This document shows, piece after piece, positions 1 through 13,039 of a stretch of DNA of 64,000 bases (positions are counted from its first letter, which is position 1; the number at the start of each line of letters is the position of its first letter). Both the position numbers and the translations under genes were made by a program. Where the stretch lies: positions 394,816,001-394,880,000 of the forward strand of contig OZ024741.1 of assembly GCA_964016885.1 (NCBI GenBank), written 5' to 3'. Source of the stretch: Eledone cirrhosa. Lineage: Eukaryota. The notes under the pieces were generated by a model that was not told the DNA's origin, made no database searches, and saw only the letters and a program-made list of their open reading frames with translations.

Positions 1-468
1 ACACATTTTCCTTGACATCACATAAATTCTATGTATACATGTTATAAATTAATTGCAATAAATTATTAAGAAATTATTGTTTTGTCTTGTCTCTTACTCC
101 GTGAACAGCATTTTGGCTTGTGTCAGATGATGTGACCCCAGTTGGACCAGCAGTAAGATCGGTAGGGCTCTAAATTACCAAAGACCATCTCAACGGGCGA
201 TGACCCTGGAGTTCTGTATCTTTTGCTTATATTTTTATTTTCAAAAAATATTTTTTTAAGTTTTTCCCTTTCAAAAATTGTTTCTTGTTTTTCTTTTTGC
301 TTTGTTTTGTTTCTTGTCTTGTCTTCTCTTTGTTAATTTTCCTATATGTATATGTATGTATATATATATATATATATATATAATAATAGAATATACTGAT
401 ACCTTCTGATATAAGGAACTTGTTCTTTGTTTTTATTCCATTGTTTTTATTAATTTATATATATATAT

Positions 469-1052
469 ATCGAACCTTACTGCCGAATTGTTGATTTGAG
501 AAATGTAATGTATACAGTTCATTTTCTTGTCGTGTCTCCATTTACCTATCAGTATTTAAACTGTTATTATTTGTTATATGTTCATTTAACTTTTCAATAA
601 TATGGATAAATCTGTTGGACCTTTCTAAAAATAATCTTCTCGTAAACTTACCCATTGTTATTATTATTTACTTCTGAAATCTTCCTGGAATCTTCTTTGC
701 CTTCTGTCTCCCTCATACATTGTTTATACGCTTCCATGTTCTCCCCCCCCCCCCCCTCTCCGCAAATATAAAATAAACTTTGATAGAGTACTGGACCAGA
801 ATTTATCGGACCTTACTGCCGAATTGTTGATTTGAGAAATGTAATGTATGCGGTTCATTTTCTTGTCGTCTCTCCATCTTCATAGTCCATTTACCTATTA
901 GTATTTAAACTGTTATTATCTGTTATATGATCATTTAACTTAGAATCTAATCCTTTCAATATTATGGATAAATCTGTCAGACCTTTTCTCTAAAAATAAT
1001 CTTATTATTTGTTATATGTTCATTTAACTTAGAATCTAATCTTTTCAATAAT
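469..1052. repeat. Partial tandem duplication (~335-bp period), possibly a PLE terminal-repeat remnant
   Basis: ccttactgccgaattgttgatttgagaaatg...ggataaatctg occurs at ~475 and ~811, with a third partial copy at ~1000. Starts at a (TA)n tract. Confidence 0.6.
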
Positions 1053-1556
1053 ATGTAGGTGGTGACACAGGACCGTGATCTCTAGCGTTATGCAATAATA
1101 CAGAAGACCAGCCTTGCTATGTGCATGGGTTGAAGAAAACATCTAGTATCATCCCTTCCATACACCTCCCACGTCGTAACACTCCACTCACGTCCAAACA
1201 CCCCACCCATCACCAATGAACCTCCCCCACTCCAGCCCCATGCCACACACAAAAGTGGTCATTTTGGTCCCATGACAATAAATACCCAGTCCACACTATA
1301 AAGTGCTAGTGTAAGAATGACAAAAAGTGCCCAGCCCACATTGTAATGTGGTTATGTAGATGTCATGACAAAAAGCACCTAGTACACATTATAAATGTGG
1401 TTGGCATTAGGAAGGGCATCCAGTCATAGAATACAAGCCAAAATCAGTTCTGTAGGAGCAAGACAAGATCATCTGACCTGGCTTGTCTCACAACAGGACA
1501 GCTCAACTAACCCATGCTAACATGGAAAATAGATGTTAAACAATGATGACAATGAT
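1040..1556 (+). mobile_element. RTE LINE 3' end (degraded)
   Basis: Repeats of aaaaagcacccagcccacac, ggttggcattaggaagggcatccag, cccatgctaacatgg and a GAT tail. Confidence 0.85.
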
Positions 1557-3024
1557 ATACACACATACATATTTATATACACATCTACCATCATCATTTA
1601 ACATCCGTTTTTCTTACTGATCCCTCAGATGAGCTAAGGGCCCGAATCTCATTTACATATGATCCTGTGCTCTACTGATTGCATGTTTTTATTTGAAAAT
1701 ATAGACCACAGCTAAATATACTTTAATATCTTAATATGCTAGCCATCCACATGCACAAAACATCTTTCTCCATTTAACCAATGGAATCAATTTTATTACT
1801 GTTGTTATTAAGGCGATAAACTGCCATTGCTACACACACGTATATGCACACACATACAAATATTTTTTGTTTTCCAACAACTACTCCCATTCAAACACAC
1901 ACAAACACACAAATCCTTACTATCCTGCTATCACCATCACCATCGCCATCACTATCATCATCATCATCATGGGACACAGACATATAAACCAATTCCTTGT
2001 AAATTCAATTCCGAAAATTGATACCTCTTAAAATCTGACATTCCTCAGCACTTCAACAGTGCTCATACTCACTGAACCAGAACAGAGCCACTTTTTCGGG
2101 CACAAGAATGACTGTATCTAATCTCATGACTGTCATCAACCAACAAAATTGTATTTTAAACAAATAACAATCTGAGCCACTTTTTTTTTATATAAAACAG
2201 AAAGAACTTTTGAACTCCAGTTAGATGTGAGACACAACAGTAGAAACACAAACCCTCCATCTCAATTTTACTTTGAAAATCATAAGAACTGTGAAACCGG
2301 TAAAGTAAATAGATATTCTTAAAAGACTCCAGTTGCATTTTCAATTTCTTTTCCTTATATTTTTACTCATGTGGGACATTTTAAGGTGAAACAATTGTTC
2401 TTGGAAATGGTAAATTAACTGTTGTGGAACTACTTCTACCAAACTTGTCCCATGGACTGAGTGCTCTACTACTGTCGATATAACCCACCAGTGTTTTACT
2501 TTTATATATATGAAATGTTTCCGTAGGAAAGGTAAAAGAAAAGAGAGTGCTCTAGTAGGCTACAGAGCTTTTTAGTTATGTAATAAACAACATAAGATAA
2601 TTATTTCATTTACCAGTGGTTTCTTGAAGACAGATATTTATGTCTGTCTTCATTCATCAGAAAAAATATTTAATTATGAAGTAGTGATATGGATTTGAAA
2701 ACAGAGTATAGGATAAACGAAAGTGAGGCTGAAATAAAATAATGGGCAAAAAATTGAGGGGAAAAATTAATAAATAAATATCCAAATACATATACGTAAT
2801 AGAATGTAAACATACATTCACACATAAGTATATGTGCGTCTGCATGGAAATACAAATACACACATATGCGTTTGATCTTTCACTCACATATGCACAACGA
2901 CACGTTGGGAAGTAGTTGGGGGACCAAATTTAAATAAATAAAATCAAAAATCAAAAAATAAAGGATAGGAAATAAAATGAAAGCAAAAAGAGACGGGTTG
3001 ACAACGAAAGCTGGGGGAATTAAT

Positions 3025-3190
3025 GAATATATATATTTACACATATATATATATACACATATTTATATATACAAACATACGTATATACACGCACACACAC
3101 ACACACATAAACGTATACATGCATACACACACTCACAATATATATATATACATATACACATACACACACATATATATACATATATGTATA
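3025..3190. repeat. (TA)n/(CA)n compound microsatellite; similar tracts at 6680-6870, 37625-37665 and 63355-63510
   Basis: Seen directly in the sequence. Confidence 0.95.
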
Positions 3191-3307
3191 TTTTAGAAAA
3201 ACAAACGAGAAGGTTTAAATAAAATCCTTGAATTTGGGGCATAATTGGACAAGCATATAACAATAATAAGCGAATAATATTTAGAACAACCTGACAGAAT
3301 TATAGAA

Positions 3308-6300
3308 TAGGCACCTTAACAGGTCGCTCTAACGAGGTTGAGAAATGCTTGCACGTAAGGAGGTTGATGTTTGCTGTATCCAAGAGACCAGGTGGAGGGG
3401 TGGGTCTGCTAGATTCATTGTGGGTAAAAAAACGATGCTATAAGCTTTTCTGGGTGGGAAATGACGATGGGCTGGGTGGGGTAGGAATCATGTTAGCAGA
3501 AAAATGGGTGGATAAGATAATAGACGTAAATAGAGTGAACGACAGAATAATTAAAATAAGACTTGTCCTAAATAGAACTACTGTGACAGTAATATCTGCG
3601 TACGCACCCCAATCCGGACTGCCTGGCGTTATAAAAGACAGATTCTATGAGACACTGATGCTCACTACCTCCCAAATAACCGACAGTGACTATATAATTA
3701 TTGCAGGCGACCTAAATGGTCACGTTGGACAACATTGTGACGGCTATGACGGAATCCATGGAGGCTATGGGTTTGGTACTAGAAATGAGGAAGGCTCCAG
3801 AATCCTGGAATTTTGTGACGCAAATAACCTAACTGTCTGTAACACTAACTTCAAAAAATGAGACACTCACTTGATCACCTATAGATCAAGGGAACACGCC
3901 AGTCAGATAGATTATATCCTTACCAGAAGACGTGTTAGAGTGTCTGTTGTAAATCCCTCTCCCATGAAGAATGCACCTCTCAACATAGACTCATAGTCAG
4001 GACAAGACATCCTCGACAACAGAGGAGGACTATCCTCAGGGGAAAAAATATGGAAGCTAAAGGACCCCACAGCCAGTAATAAATTTAAAAGCATATTACT
4101 TGATGCTTTTGACAGTAAGGAAGAGCATTTAGAGTCGTACAATATAGAGGAACAGTGGGAATTCCTGAAAGCTAACCTGCTGAAGGCGGCAGATGATGTC
4201 TGTCGCTGGAGCAGGCCTATAGGCAGGAGGAGAGGAACGTGGTGGTGGAACAGTAAGGTGGAGGAGTCAATTAAGGCCAAAAAGCAGGCTTGGAAAGTAT
4301 GGCGGGATGGGGGAAGTAGAGAAGACTATCAAGTGGCCAGGAGGGAAGCTAGGAGACAAGTGTACTTCGCAAGAAGGGAAGCAGAGGAAAGAAAGTTCAA
4401 GCATGTTCTACAACGCGAGGACCAAAAATGTGAGGTGTTCAGGATTGCTAGGCAATGTGTCAAGGAAAACAGTGATATTGTTGGGGAGAAGTGTGTCCTT
4501 AATGATGATGGTGTATTTGCCATCACTGACGCTGATAAGAAAGTAGCTTGGAAGTGTCACTACGAAAAGCTACTAAATGAGGTGAATAATTGGGAGAAAG
4601 ACAGTCTCCCCCACATCGATCCAATAGAGGGGCCAGCAGTGCTAGTTGAAGGTAGTATAATAAGTAAGGCAATCAAAGATATGAAGACGGGTAAGGCGGC
4701 TAGGCCTTCGGAAATAGTTTCTGAAATGCTGAAAGCTTCTGGAATGGTGGGACACACCATGGTCACCCGGATAGTAAACCAAGTCATACAGAATGGGGTC
4801 GTTCCGAAGGACTGGCGTAGCAGCATCATCATTAACTGCTACAAGGGTAAAGGAGACGCCCTAGATAGGGGTAACTATAGAGCCATTAAATTAATTGACC
4901 AGGTCATGAAGGTCACAGAAAAAGTAATAGCGCAACTAATCAGAGAGCGAATTGATCTAGATGAAATGCAGTTCGAGTTTGTGTCAGGTAAAAGTACCAC
5001 AGACGCTCTTTTCATTGTACGACAACTACAGGAGAAGTACCTAGCTAAAAGTAAACCCCTATACTTAGCTTTTGTTGACTTGGAGAAAGCCTTTGACAGA
5101 GTCCCCCGCTCCATTGTCTGGTGGGCTCTTAGAAAACTAGGTGTTGATGAATGGCTTGTGAGAGCTATACAAGCCATGTATAAAGAAACAGTCAGCAAGG
5201 TTAGAATTAACAACGAATATAGTGAAGAGTTTAGCATAAAAGTTGGTGTTCATCAGGGCTCCATCCTTATCCCCCTCCTATTTATTATTGCCCTTCAGGC
5301 TATAACAGAGGAGTTCAAGACCAGCTGCCGATGGGAACTCCTATACGCAGATGATCTAATGCTCATAGCTGAATCAATGGCCGAACTAGAGAAGAAATTC
5401 CAAATATGGAAGTATGGCCTAGAATCAAAAGGCCTTAAAATTAACCTGGCTAAGACTAAAGTTCTAGTTTGTAGGAAGGAAAATAGGGCACCAGTCCCAT
5501 CTGGGAAATGGCCATGCTCAGTGTGTAGGAAAGGAGTAGGCAGAAACTCCATTTTATGTCCCAAATGCAAAGTATGGGTGCATAAAAGATGTAGTGGGAC
5601 CACAGGTAAGCTAACTAAGAATATAGATTTTATATGTGGCCGGTGCTCTGGTGCAATAAGTAGCAGCAAGTGCCCACAGAATACTAGCTCATTCCATTGC
5701 ACAGATGGTTCTATAGAAATAGTGGACACCTTCCGTTACCTGGGTGACAAAATCAGCAGTGGTGGAGGGTGCTCTGAAAGTACAGTAGCTAGAGTCAGAA
5801 TGGGATGGAAAAAGTTCAGAGAGCTTATACCACTATCGGCCGCTAAAGGGTTCTCTCTAAAAATGAAAGGCAGGCTGAATGATGCCTGCATACGAACAGC
5901 AATGTTGCATGGCAGTGAGACCTGGGCATTGTGTGCAGAGGATATACGCAGACTGGAGAGGAACGAAGCTTGCATGCTCCGCTGGATGTGTAATAGTAAT
6001 ATACGTGAACAGCAAAGCATAAACGAACTACAGGAGAAATTAGGAATAAGAGGGATCAGATGCTGTTTACTCGAGAGAAGACTACGTTGGTATGGTCACG
6101 TGATGTGCATGAAAGACGACAGCTGTATAAAAAAGTGCAGGGCAATAAAAATAGACGGTAGCCACGGAGTAGGCAGACTCAGAAAAACCTGGGACGACTT
6201 GATAAATTCCGACCTCACACACTTGCACCTCTCCAAGACAATGTCACTGGGCCGTGATCTTTGGTGCTACACAGTAATACAGAAGACCCGCCTTGCCTGA

Positions 6301-6680
6301 GTACAAAGCGAAACCTACAGTCAGTAGGCACCTTTAACAAAAATACACCCCCGTCCCACTACCCCCACCCCATCCACACCACCCCTTTCAATGTAAAGTT
6401 ATGTTGGTACCACAACATCCAGTCCTAAACAAATGAGGTCGTGTAGGTGTCACGAGAAAAAACACAGTCCACGCTGTAATGTGGCCGTGTAGGTAACACG
6501 GTAAAAACCTCCCAGTCCACACGGTAAACGTCGTTGGTGTTAGGAAGGGCATCCAGCCGTAGAAAACCCGCCAGACAGTCCTATATGAGCAGGACAACCA
6601 CTCTTTCTTCAAGTGGAAAAATTCCCGCCCAAACCCATGCAAGCGTGGAAGATGGACGTTAAACGATGATGATGATAATG
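3308..6680 (+). mobile_element. RTE LINE, subfamily A (APE-RT-PHD), near full length, disrupted
   Basis: APE motifs (SAYAPQ, GDLNGHVG) in ORF 3349-3861. RT motifs (DLEKAFD, GVHQG, YADD) and C4HC3 finger in ORF 4258-6300. 3' UTR and (GAT)n tail. Confidence 0.95.
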
Positions 6681-6828
6681 ATATATATATGTATACATAT
6701 ACACACATATATATAAACACGCATATACCCACACAAGCCTATATACATATATATATATATAGAGAGAGAGAGAGACAGACACATACCCATATATACACAT
6801 ATGTATACACACATATAAGTACTCGTAA

Positions 6829-6859
<31 letters not shown>

Positions 6860-8437
6860 AAGAGAGAGAGATGCTAACTATGAAGGATTGATGCTAGAGA
6901 TGTGAAATCTTGCAAGCATTAATTTCAAATCCTCTTATTAATAATTGCATTGTTTCTTTCCAAGGACTATGTTGAAAAATAAACCTCATTTGGTCATTCC
7001 ATGAGAGTATATTCGTCAGCCTATGAACTTTTCAGCTGATCCTCGTATTGAAAAAATTGCAGATACGGGTAAATATATTATTAATAAAAATTTCAAGTTG
7101 CTTCTTTAGGGATTTTGATATTTCTACTGTCATAGTTAGCTTATATTTAACTGTTTCATGACTTCTAATGAAATACACACTATTTCAATTAATTTATGAA
7201 TAATTTTGATGGATTTACTAAAATTAATATGAGCAAGACATGGTCACCCGATCAATCTTGCCTCAAGTGGGACAATTCCCATCTAACCCATGCTAGTGTG
7301 GAAGACAGACGTTAAACAATGATGATGATGATGATTTCATTACTAAGATAGTAACTTAATATAAGGTTTTTATATAAAATTGTGTTGGAAGATTTTAATT
7401 TAAACTGGAAACCTTTAAAATGGGTGGCTTTATTTCATAGAACCAGAGTCGGTTTTAGCCAAGTTGGGAACAAAAGGGTTAATTTTGTTTACTTATTCAA
7501 TAATAATGTGTGTGTGTACAGGCTTAGAAAAACAAACTTAATTCTATGTCACACACTTACACACATAACTGAATTATAAGTCGCAATTTGCAAAGTTTCT
7601 CCAAAACAAAAAATATAAAATGTAGTATTCAAGAAATAACTCTTGGTAGTGTTTCCAGTGCTGGATCTCAACCCTCTTTGATAAAGAATTACCGTATATA
7701 CACATTATATGCTGAGAAATATGTGACAAAAAAGTTGATGGTAAAACAGGGGTCTGGTTTATATTCAAGGTCAAAATTTCATTTCATTTCGCCCGCCCAT
7801 ACCAAAATGAAAGATGCTCCTGTAACCTTTGTGTGATGGAAGTACAAGAGATCTGTTGAACTCTCGTCATGATAGAATTTTTAACTGCCAGCATAAAGCT
7901 TTACAAAACTTCGCTAAATATCACCCTGATTAGCATAAGATCTAAAACCTACCCCCTTATAACTCCTTTCCTCCTAGGTCCCTTAACTGCCAACATAAAG
8001 CACTAGTTACCACCCCGACTAGCATAAGTTTCGATCATATATATCTCTCTATCCACTCTACTTATAACTCCTATCCCTTACAACACCCAACCTCCAACCA
8101 CCCTGACATGTATTGGCGCCTGACAGAATCTTAAAATATTCCTGTTAGATATATCTAGTACTCAGCCCTCTAGGTTAATTTATTACCTTCCAACTATATC
8201 TTATCAAATGACCGAAGTTCCTTCTCTCTTCCTTCCTTCCCTTCTACTTTTCCCATCTCTTCTCATTTTTCTCATCTTCCTCCTTAAATTAAGTGACCAG
8301 CGATATTCCTTCATCTTTCTTTTCTCATTAGTCACATAGATTGTTACTTCTCCTCCTACTTACTAAATTAATGGTATTTCAACTTTCTCTTTTCCTTATT
8401 CCTTTCTTTAATCTTCATTATTTCTTTCTTTATGTAT

Positions 8438-8660
8438 ATCATCATCATCATTTCATTTTACGTCCGCTTTTCCCCTGCTTGCAAGGGTGGGACGGGAACT
8501 GATTCTTGCTTGATTTCTACAGCTGGATGCCCTTCCTAACACCAACCTCATTTACAGTGAGTGCTGGGTGCTTTTTTTCCGTGGCACCTACACGTCCACT
8601 TTACAGTGTGGGCTGGGTGCTTTTTTGCCGTGGCACCTCCACGACCACTTTGCAGTGGAA
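8438..8660 (-). mobile_element. RTE 3' UTR fragment (subfamily B)
   Basis: (CAT)n followed by ttctacagctggatgcccttcctaacaccaacc. Confidence 0.85.
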
Positions 8661-8684
8661 TGATAGGGACCCCAGTCCTTATCA

Positions 8685-8829
8685 TCTCATTTCTACAGCT
8701 GAGTAAACTGGAGCAATGTGAAATAAAGTGTCTTGCTCAAGGAAACAACACATCACCCGGTCTGAGAATTGAACTCACAACCTTTTGATTGCAAGGCCAA
8801 TGCTCTAACCACTAAGCCATGTGCCTCCA
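8685..8829 (-). mobile_element. tRNA-derived SINE 5' part (same family as 33687-33999)
   Basis: Minus strand reads tggaggcacatggcttagtggttagagca (A box)...gagttcaattctc (B box)...cttgagcaagacactttatttc. Confidence 0.8.
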
Positions 8830-8845
8830 TTATATAAATATATAT

Positions 8846-9400
8846 ATGTTATCGTGGTTCACTTTTCGCGGTCCCGCTACATCATGGATTTTTCTTTGGA
8901 ACGTATCTATTTTCTTATTGCAGTACATACGTCTGAATAAAAAGTGTTTAAAATTTAAACTTATTAAATAAGTTTCAATGTTATTAAAGTGTATAGAGTA
9001 AGGAAGGGGCATCTTAAGGCTTTAATTATTAAAAAATATTTTTATTTTTCATTCCATTACTGTTTTACTGATTGTGTTTCTTCTCTAATCTGCTACAAAC
9101 CCTGCATTGATTGGAGATGTGCAGTGTATTACCAAGCAGCTAATGTGACTGGTAATAGTCGTCATTGGTAACTAGTGGTACAATCGTTGGTGGTAGCTTC
9201 TATGTGATTGTTACTGGCTGTTTTTGGTGTTTAAATATACAAAGATGGGTTTTAATGAGTTTATATGTACTTAAAACGTGTAGGAAAGATATTTTAAGGC
9301 CTAAACTATGAAAACAACAGTTGTCTCTATATCGCAGATTTTCATTTATCGCGGCTGGTTTTGGAACGTATCCCCCGCGATAAACGGTGCATTACTGTAT
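8846..9400. mobile_element. MITE, pogo/Tigger-like
   Basis: Degenerate inverted ends rich in tatcgcgg/cgcgataa. Right end ...cgcgataaacggtgcattactg-TA. No ORF. Confidence 0.55.
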
Positions 9401-9529
9401 ACCATTTTAAATTATCATTATTGTTTATTTTCGCTTATTTTTATTTTTTGGTATTTCTTTTGTTTGTTTTACTTATTGTCACTTATTATTGACTTATTAT
9501 TTTCGCCTACCACTTTTGTTACATTTCGA

Positions 9530-11358
9530 CTCCGACTTTCTCTGTGTGCCAGTGACTTCTACCTTGGATCTTCTATTCTTCTTGTGGAGGCATTCACCCT
9601 GGGTCTGTTGAGCTGGCTCCTTCCAATGAATTTACCGTATCCCGAACGAAGACCGACCAATCACGACGGTCTGACGCTATCGAAGATATGAGTGTCAGCC
9701 ATTCGCGGTTCCATCGCCGAACCTCACACAGGCGTGGGCCTAAGATCAACTCAGTGTCTTGCCTCACTGTCCTAAGCCACGTTTTCAGTTGGCCTCCACG
9801 ACGTTTCCTCCATCCCAACGGAGGAGATGGATCAATGGCTTCGCGGATGAAGTCACCTGGTTGTCGACGGAGATCATGACCAAGCCAGCGAAGATGCCTC
9901 ATGAGAAGGGCCTGCTGGAGGGAGGAGATTTTGCAGCATGCACAGATGGCAGAATTTGAGATGAATTGTTGCCAGCAAACATGAAGGATGCAGCGTAAAT
10001 GATGATGGTCGAACACTTCGAGTTTGTGCATGTCCTCTGCTCTCAGTGGCCATGGTTCACAGCCATATAGCAGGAGCGTTCGGACAAGGGCTTGGTAGAT
10101 CAGAATTTTGGTGGTCAGTTTAATTTCATGTCTGCTCCACAGCCAAGCGCGTAGATGACACAGAAGGTGAGGCGAGCGTTACCGATGTGACCATTTATAT
10201 CCTCAACTCCTTGGCCTGTTACAGTGACTATAGAACCTAGGTACTTAAAGCGATCAACCTCTTCAAGGGTTTCTCCGTCAAGGACAATTGGTTGTTTTTC
10301 AGCAGGTAAGAAACCTGCAGTCAACAGCTTGGTCTTCTGTGCATTCACTTTCATGCCAAGTTTGAAGGCGAAGAACTGTAGCTCATCGATTGCCGACTGG
10401 ATGTCTGTAAAGCTTTCTCCCAGAATCGCTATATCGTCAGCATAGTCCAGTTCCGACAGTGCGAAATTACGGCCCACTGTGACACTAGGAAAGTTCATGA
10501 GCGCATGTTTGGTGATCCAATCAATAGTATAATTGAACAAGGTAGGCGACAGAACACAGCCTTGTTGAACGCCAGAGCGGATGTTGAAGGACTAGGATTC
10601 TTGACCATAAGCGCGGACCTTAGTGCAAGTAGAAAGATAGTAGGATTTTAGCAGGTCAAGGAGTTTCGGTGGCATTCCATCTGCATGCATAACCTTCCAA
10701 AGGGCTCCATGATCGACTGAATCAAAAGCAGCGGCAAAATCTATGAAGCAGATGAGGGTCTTCTGCTGATAGCACCAGTGATGCTCTAGCACCTAACGCG
10801 TGAAAATCTGATCTGTACACCGTCAACCAGGACAAAAACCGCATTGATTTGGCCTTGTGAGTGAATCTCGTTGATTTTGAAATCGTTTTAGCAATATGGT
10901 AGCAAATATCTTAGTGGCAATGTCGATTAGGCTTATACCGCAGTGGCTGCTGCAACAGAGTTTATTGTTTTCTTGAAAAACGGAAGCAGAACAGCGTCGC
11001 TCCAGTCTTGGGAGAGGCCTTCGGACTCCCAGGCACGGACAATGATTTTGTGAAGGGGTGGGGGTAATATGTCGGTAGAGTGCAAAATCATCCGGTGACA
11101 GCAGTGAAATCATCTTTAACAAACAAGGTGAAGCCATCACGAATCTTGATGAACGATTACAGTGTTGAAGTGATCATTTCGCTGTCCTACTTAACCATAA
11201 TCATCAACCTTCTCAATACCTCAAATGCCAAGCATCCCTGCTTGTGCATATGATTGTGACACCACTCTGCCGGCAATAAATGAAATCTCTGACACTATTC
11301 GAAAACTAAAAAACAATAAGGCATCTGGAGAAGATGGTATTCCTGCTTTAAACACTCT
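9530..11358 (-). mobile_element. RTE LINE (unrelated family, no PHD) with inverted 5' segment
   Basis: Minus-strand RT motifs FIDFAAAFDSV, LDYADDI, FKYLGS, LRWLGH. Segment ~11085-11358 reads on + (EIIFNKQGE..KLKNNKASGEDGIP). Confidence 0.9.
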
Positions 11359-11394
11359 ACCTCGGATCAGTTAGCAGTAAGTGATACTTATTGT

Positions 11395-11570
11395 AAAGTA
11401 TAGGTGCCTTACCCGTGTTTAACTGGTTGATGGCTATTTTAACCTCATTATAATCTAGTAATCGATCCATTTTAAAATTTACAACATATTGGGGGATGCC
11501 ATCTGGCACATCATGGTCAACCGATGATGGATTATCAAATAAATCAGTGAAATCAGTTCTTGCCAACGCT
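11395..11570 (-). mobile_element. Non-LTR retrotransposon ORF fragment
   Basis: FTDLFDNPS..EVKIAINQLNTGKAP, typical of the region preceding RT. Confidence 0.6.
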
Positions 11571-11989
11571 TAAGGATGTTCTCTGATTCCTTGATGATGG
11601 CAGTGTCGTCTTTGGACCTTGTGGTAACAACAGACAAAGCTGTTGGACCATATACTGCACGTAAAAATTATAAAACAGTTTTGAATAAGTACTTATTGCA
11701 AAAATGCAATGACCTAACCTTAGACTATAAAAAATCTTTTCTCTTTCAGTTGAAGTGCAATATTTTATTACGTAATGCATATGATAGAGCATGGATTTTG
11801 CAATCAGCGCATGTAGACAGACATTGTACAGAAACATATGTTAAGGAATGAACTCTCAATAAATTTCTCCTTCTGACCAATTCTTCCTGCCTAGGTATTT
11901 CTGTTTTCCTGGTACTATACTTATTATATATATATATATATATGTATACACATACATGTGTATGTGTAGATATAGGTATAAAATCAACT

Positions 11990-12900
11990 CATCGTATGAT
12001 AGCAATAAATACCAGAGTGTAATGTACATCAATACAACCCCGAGAGACGAATAAGCTTACAGATTTAGAAGGGCTCTAGACAAACAAAAATTAAATATTA
12101 AGATAGTTGAAAGAACAGGTATTCCCATAAAAGCCCTATTTAGTAGAACATATCCGTTTCAAAAAATCCCTGTACTGATAGGAAATGTACAGTGCAAATT
12201 AAGCCCACAAATTAACTGCAAACCTAGGAATGTAGTATATAGCATAAGATGTACTGAGGGACAGTGTAGGAATAAGAACACAACATACATAGGTGAGAAA
12301 GACTAGCTTAGGAGAAAGGATAAATGAACACTGGTGAGAACTCCAACATGGGAAAAACTCGTCAGTATTACACCAACATGCCAAAATAGAACACAGGGCC
12401 ACACTAGAGAACATAGAGATAAACATTATATCCACACACAGAAAAGACGCAATGCTCCGAAAAATTACAGAAGCAACAAACATAAATGAACTCCAACCAA
12501 AATTAAACAGAAAACATGAGTGGAATAGCAACAACATCACAACTAGTAATTAAGGACAAGATAAAGACATACAGACACACAAAAACCAAACTAATAAAAT
12601 AAACCAGACACACACAAATAGGACAAGCAACCAGCTAGTGACAAGTAAATAAACCAAGTATACAGTACACAACACAAAAACAAGATGGTATAGGACAGAA
12701 AAAAGGAGAGGCACAAAATAAGAAATCAGTCATCATTGAGGAGGTCACAGAATGTGTGACGAAAGAGCTTTGACAATATATAAACAACCATTGAGTTATT
12801 GAACCAACCAACCAGAAATTTATAATAAACTGAAGTGAAAACCAACAGGTGTGTGTGTTTTTATTGTGTGTTTCCAGATGAGAAATCTTGCAAAACAAAT
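11990..12900 (+). mobile_element. PLE 3' part: GIY-YIG endonuclease remnant plus terminal repeat (Naiad-like)
   Basis: Frameshifted PCTDRKCTV..NCKPRNVVYSIRC..C..TYIGE..LGERINEH..DAMLRKITEA..PKLNRKHEW, followed by an HHR-like motif. Flanked by (TA)n. Confidence 0.8.
12729..12774 (+). ncRNA. Degenerate minimal hammerhead ribozyme
   Basis: tca-TTGAGGA-g-gtcac(agaatgt)gtgac-GAAA-gagctt-tga. Core C3 replaced by T. Confidence 0.6.
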
Positions 12901-13039
12901 TAAAAAACTAAGTATATATATATATATATTATTCCATTTATAATGTCTGTATAATTCATCTATATTAGCAATTCATAGACAGATAAAAATCTAAATTTTC
13001 TCAGAACTCAATGTATTTATCCCTACAATCAATTCTCGA

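Noticed and set aside
1260-1430. Regularly spaced aaaaagcacccag units resembling a CRISPR array
   Set aside because: The intervening sequences are also repeated, the context is eukaryotic, and the units are part of the RTE 3' UTR.
1625-1652. cagatgag-ctaagggcc-cgaat as a possible hammerhead
   Set aside because: Both core halves are mismatched and the stems do not close.
12330-12340. In-frame TGA in the PLE endonuclease as selenocysteine
   Set aside because: It is not at a conserved Cys position, and the copy is otherwise frameshifted.
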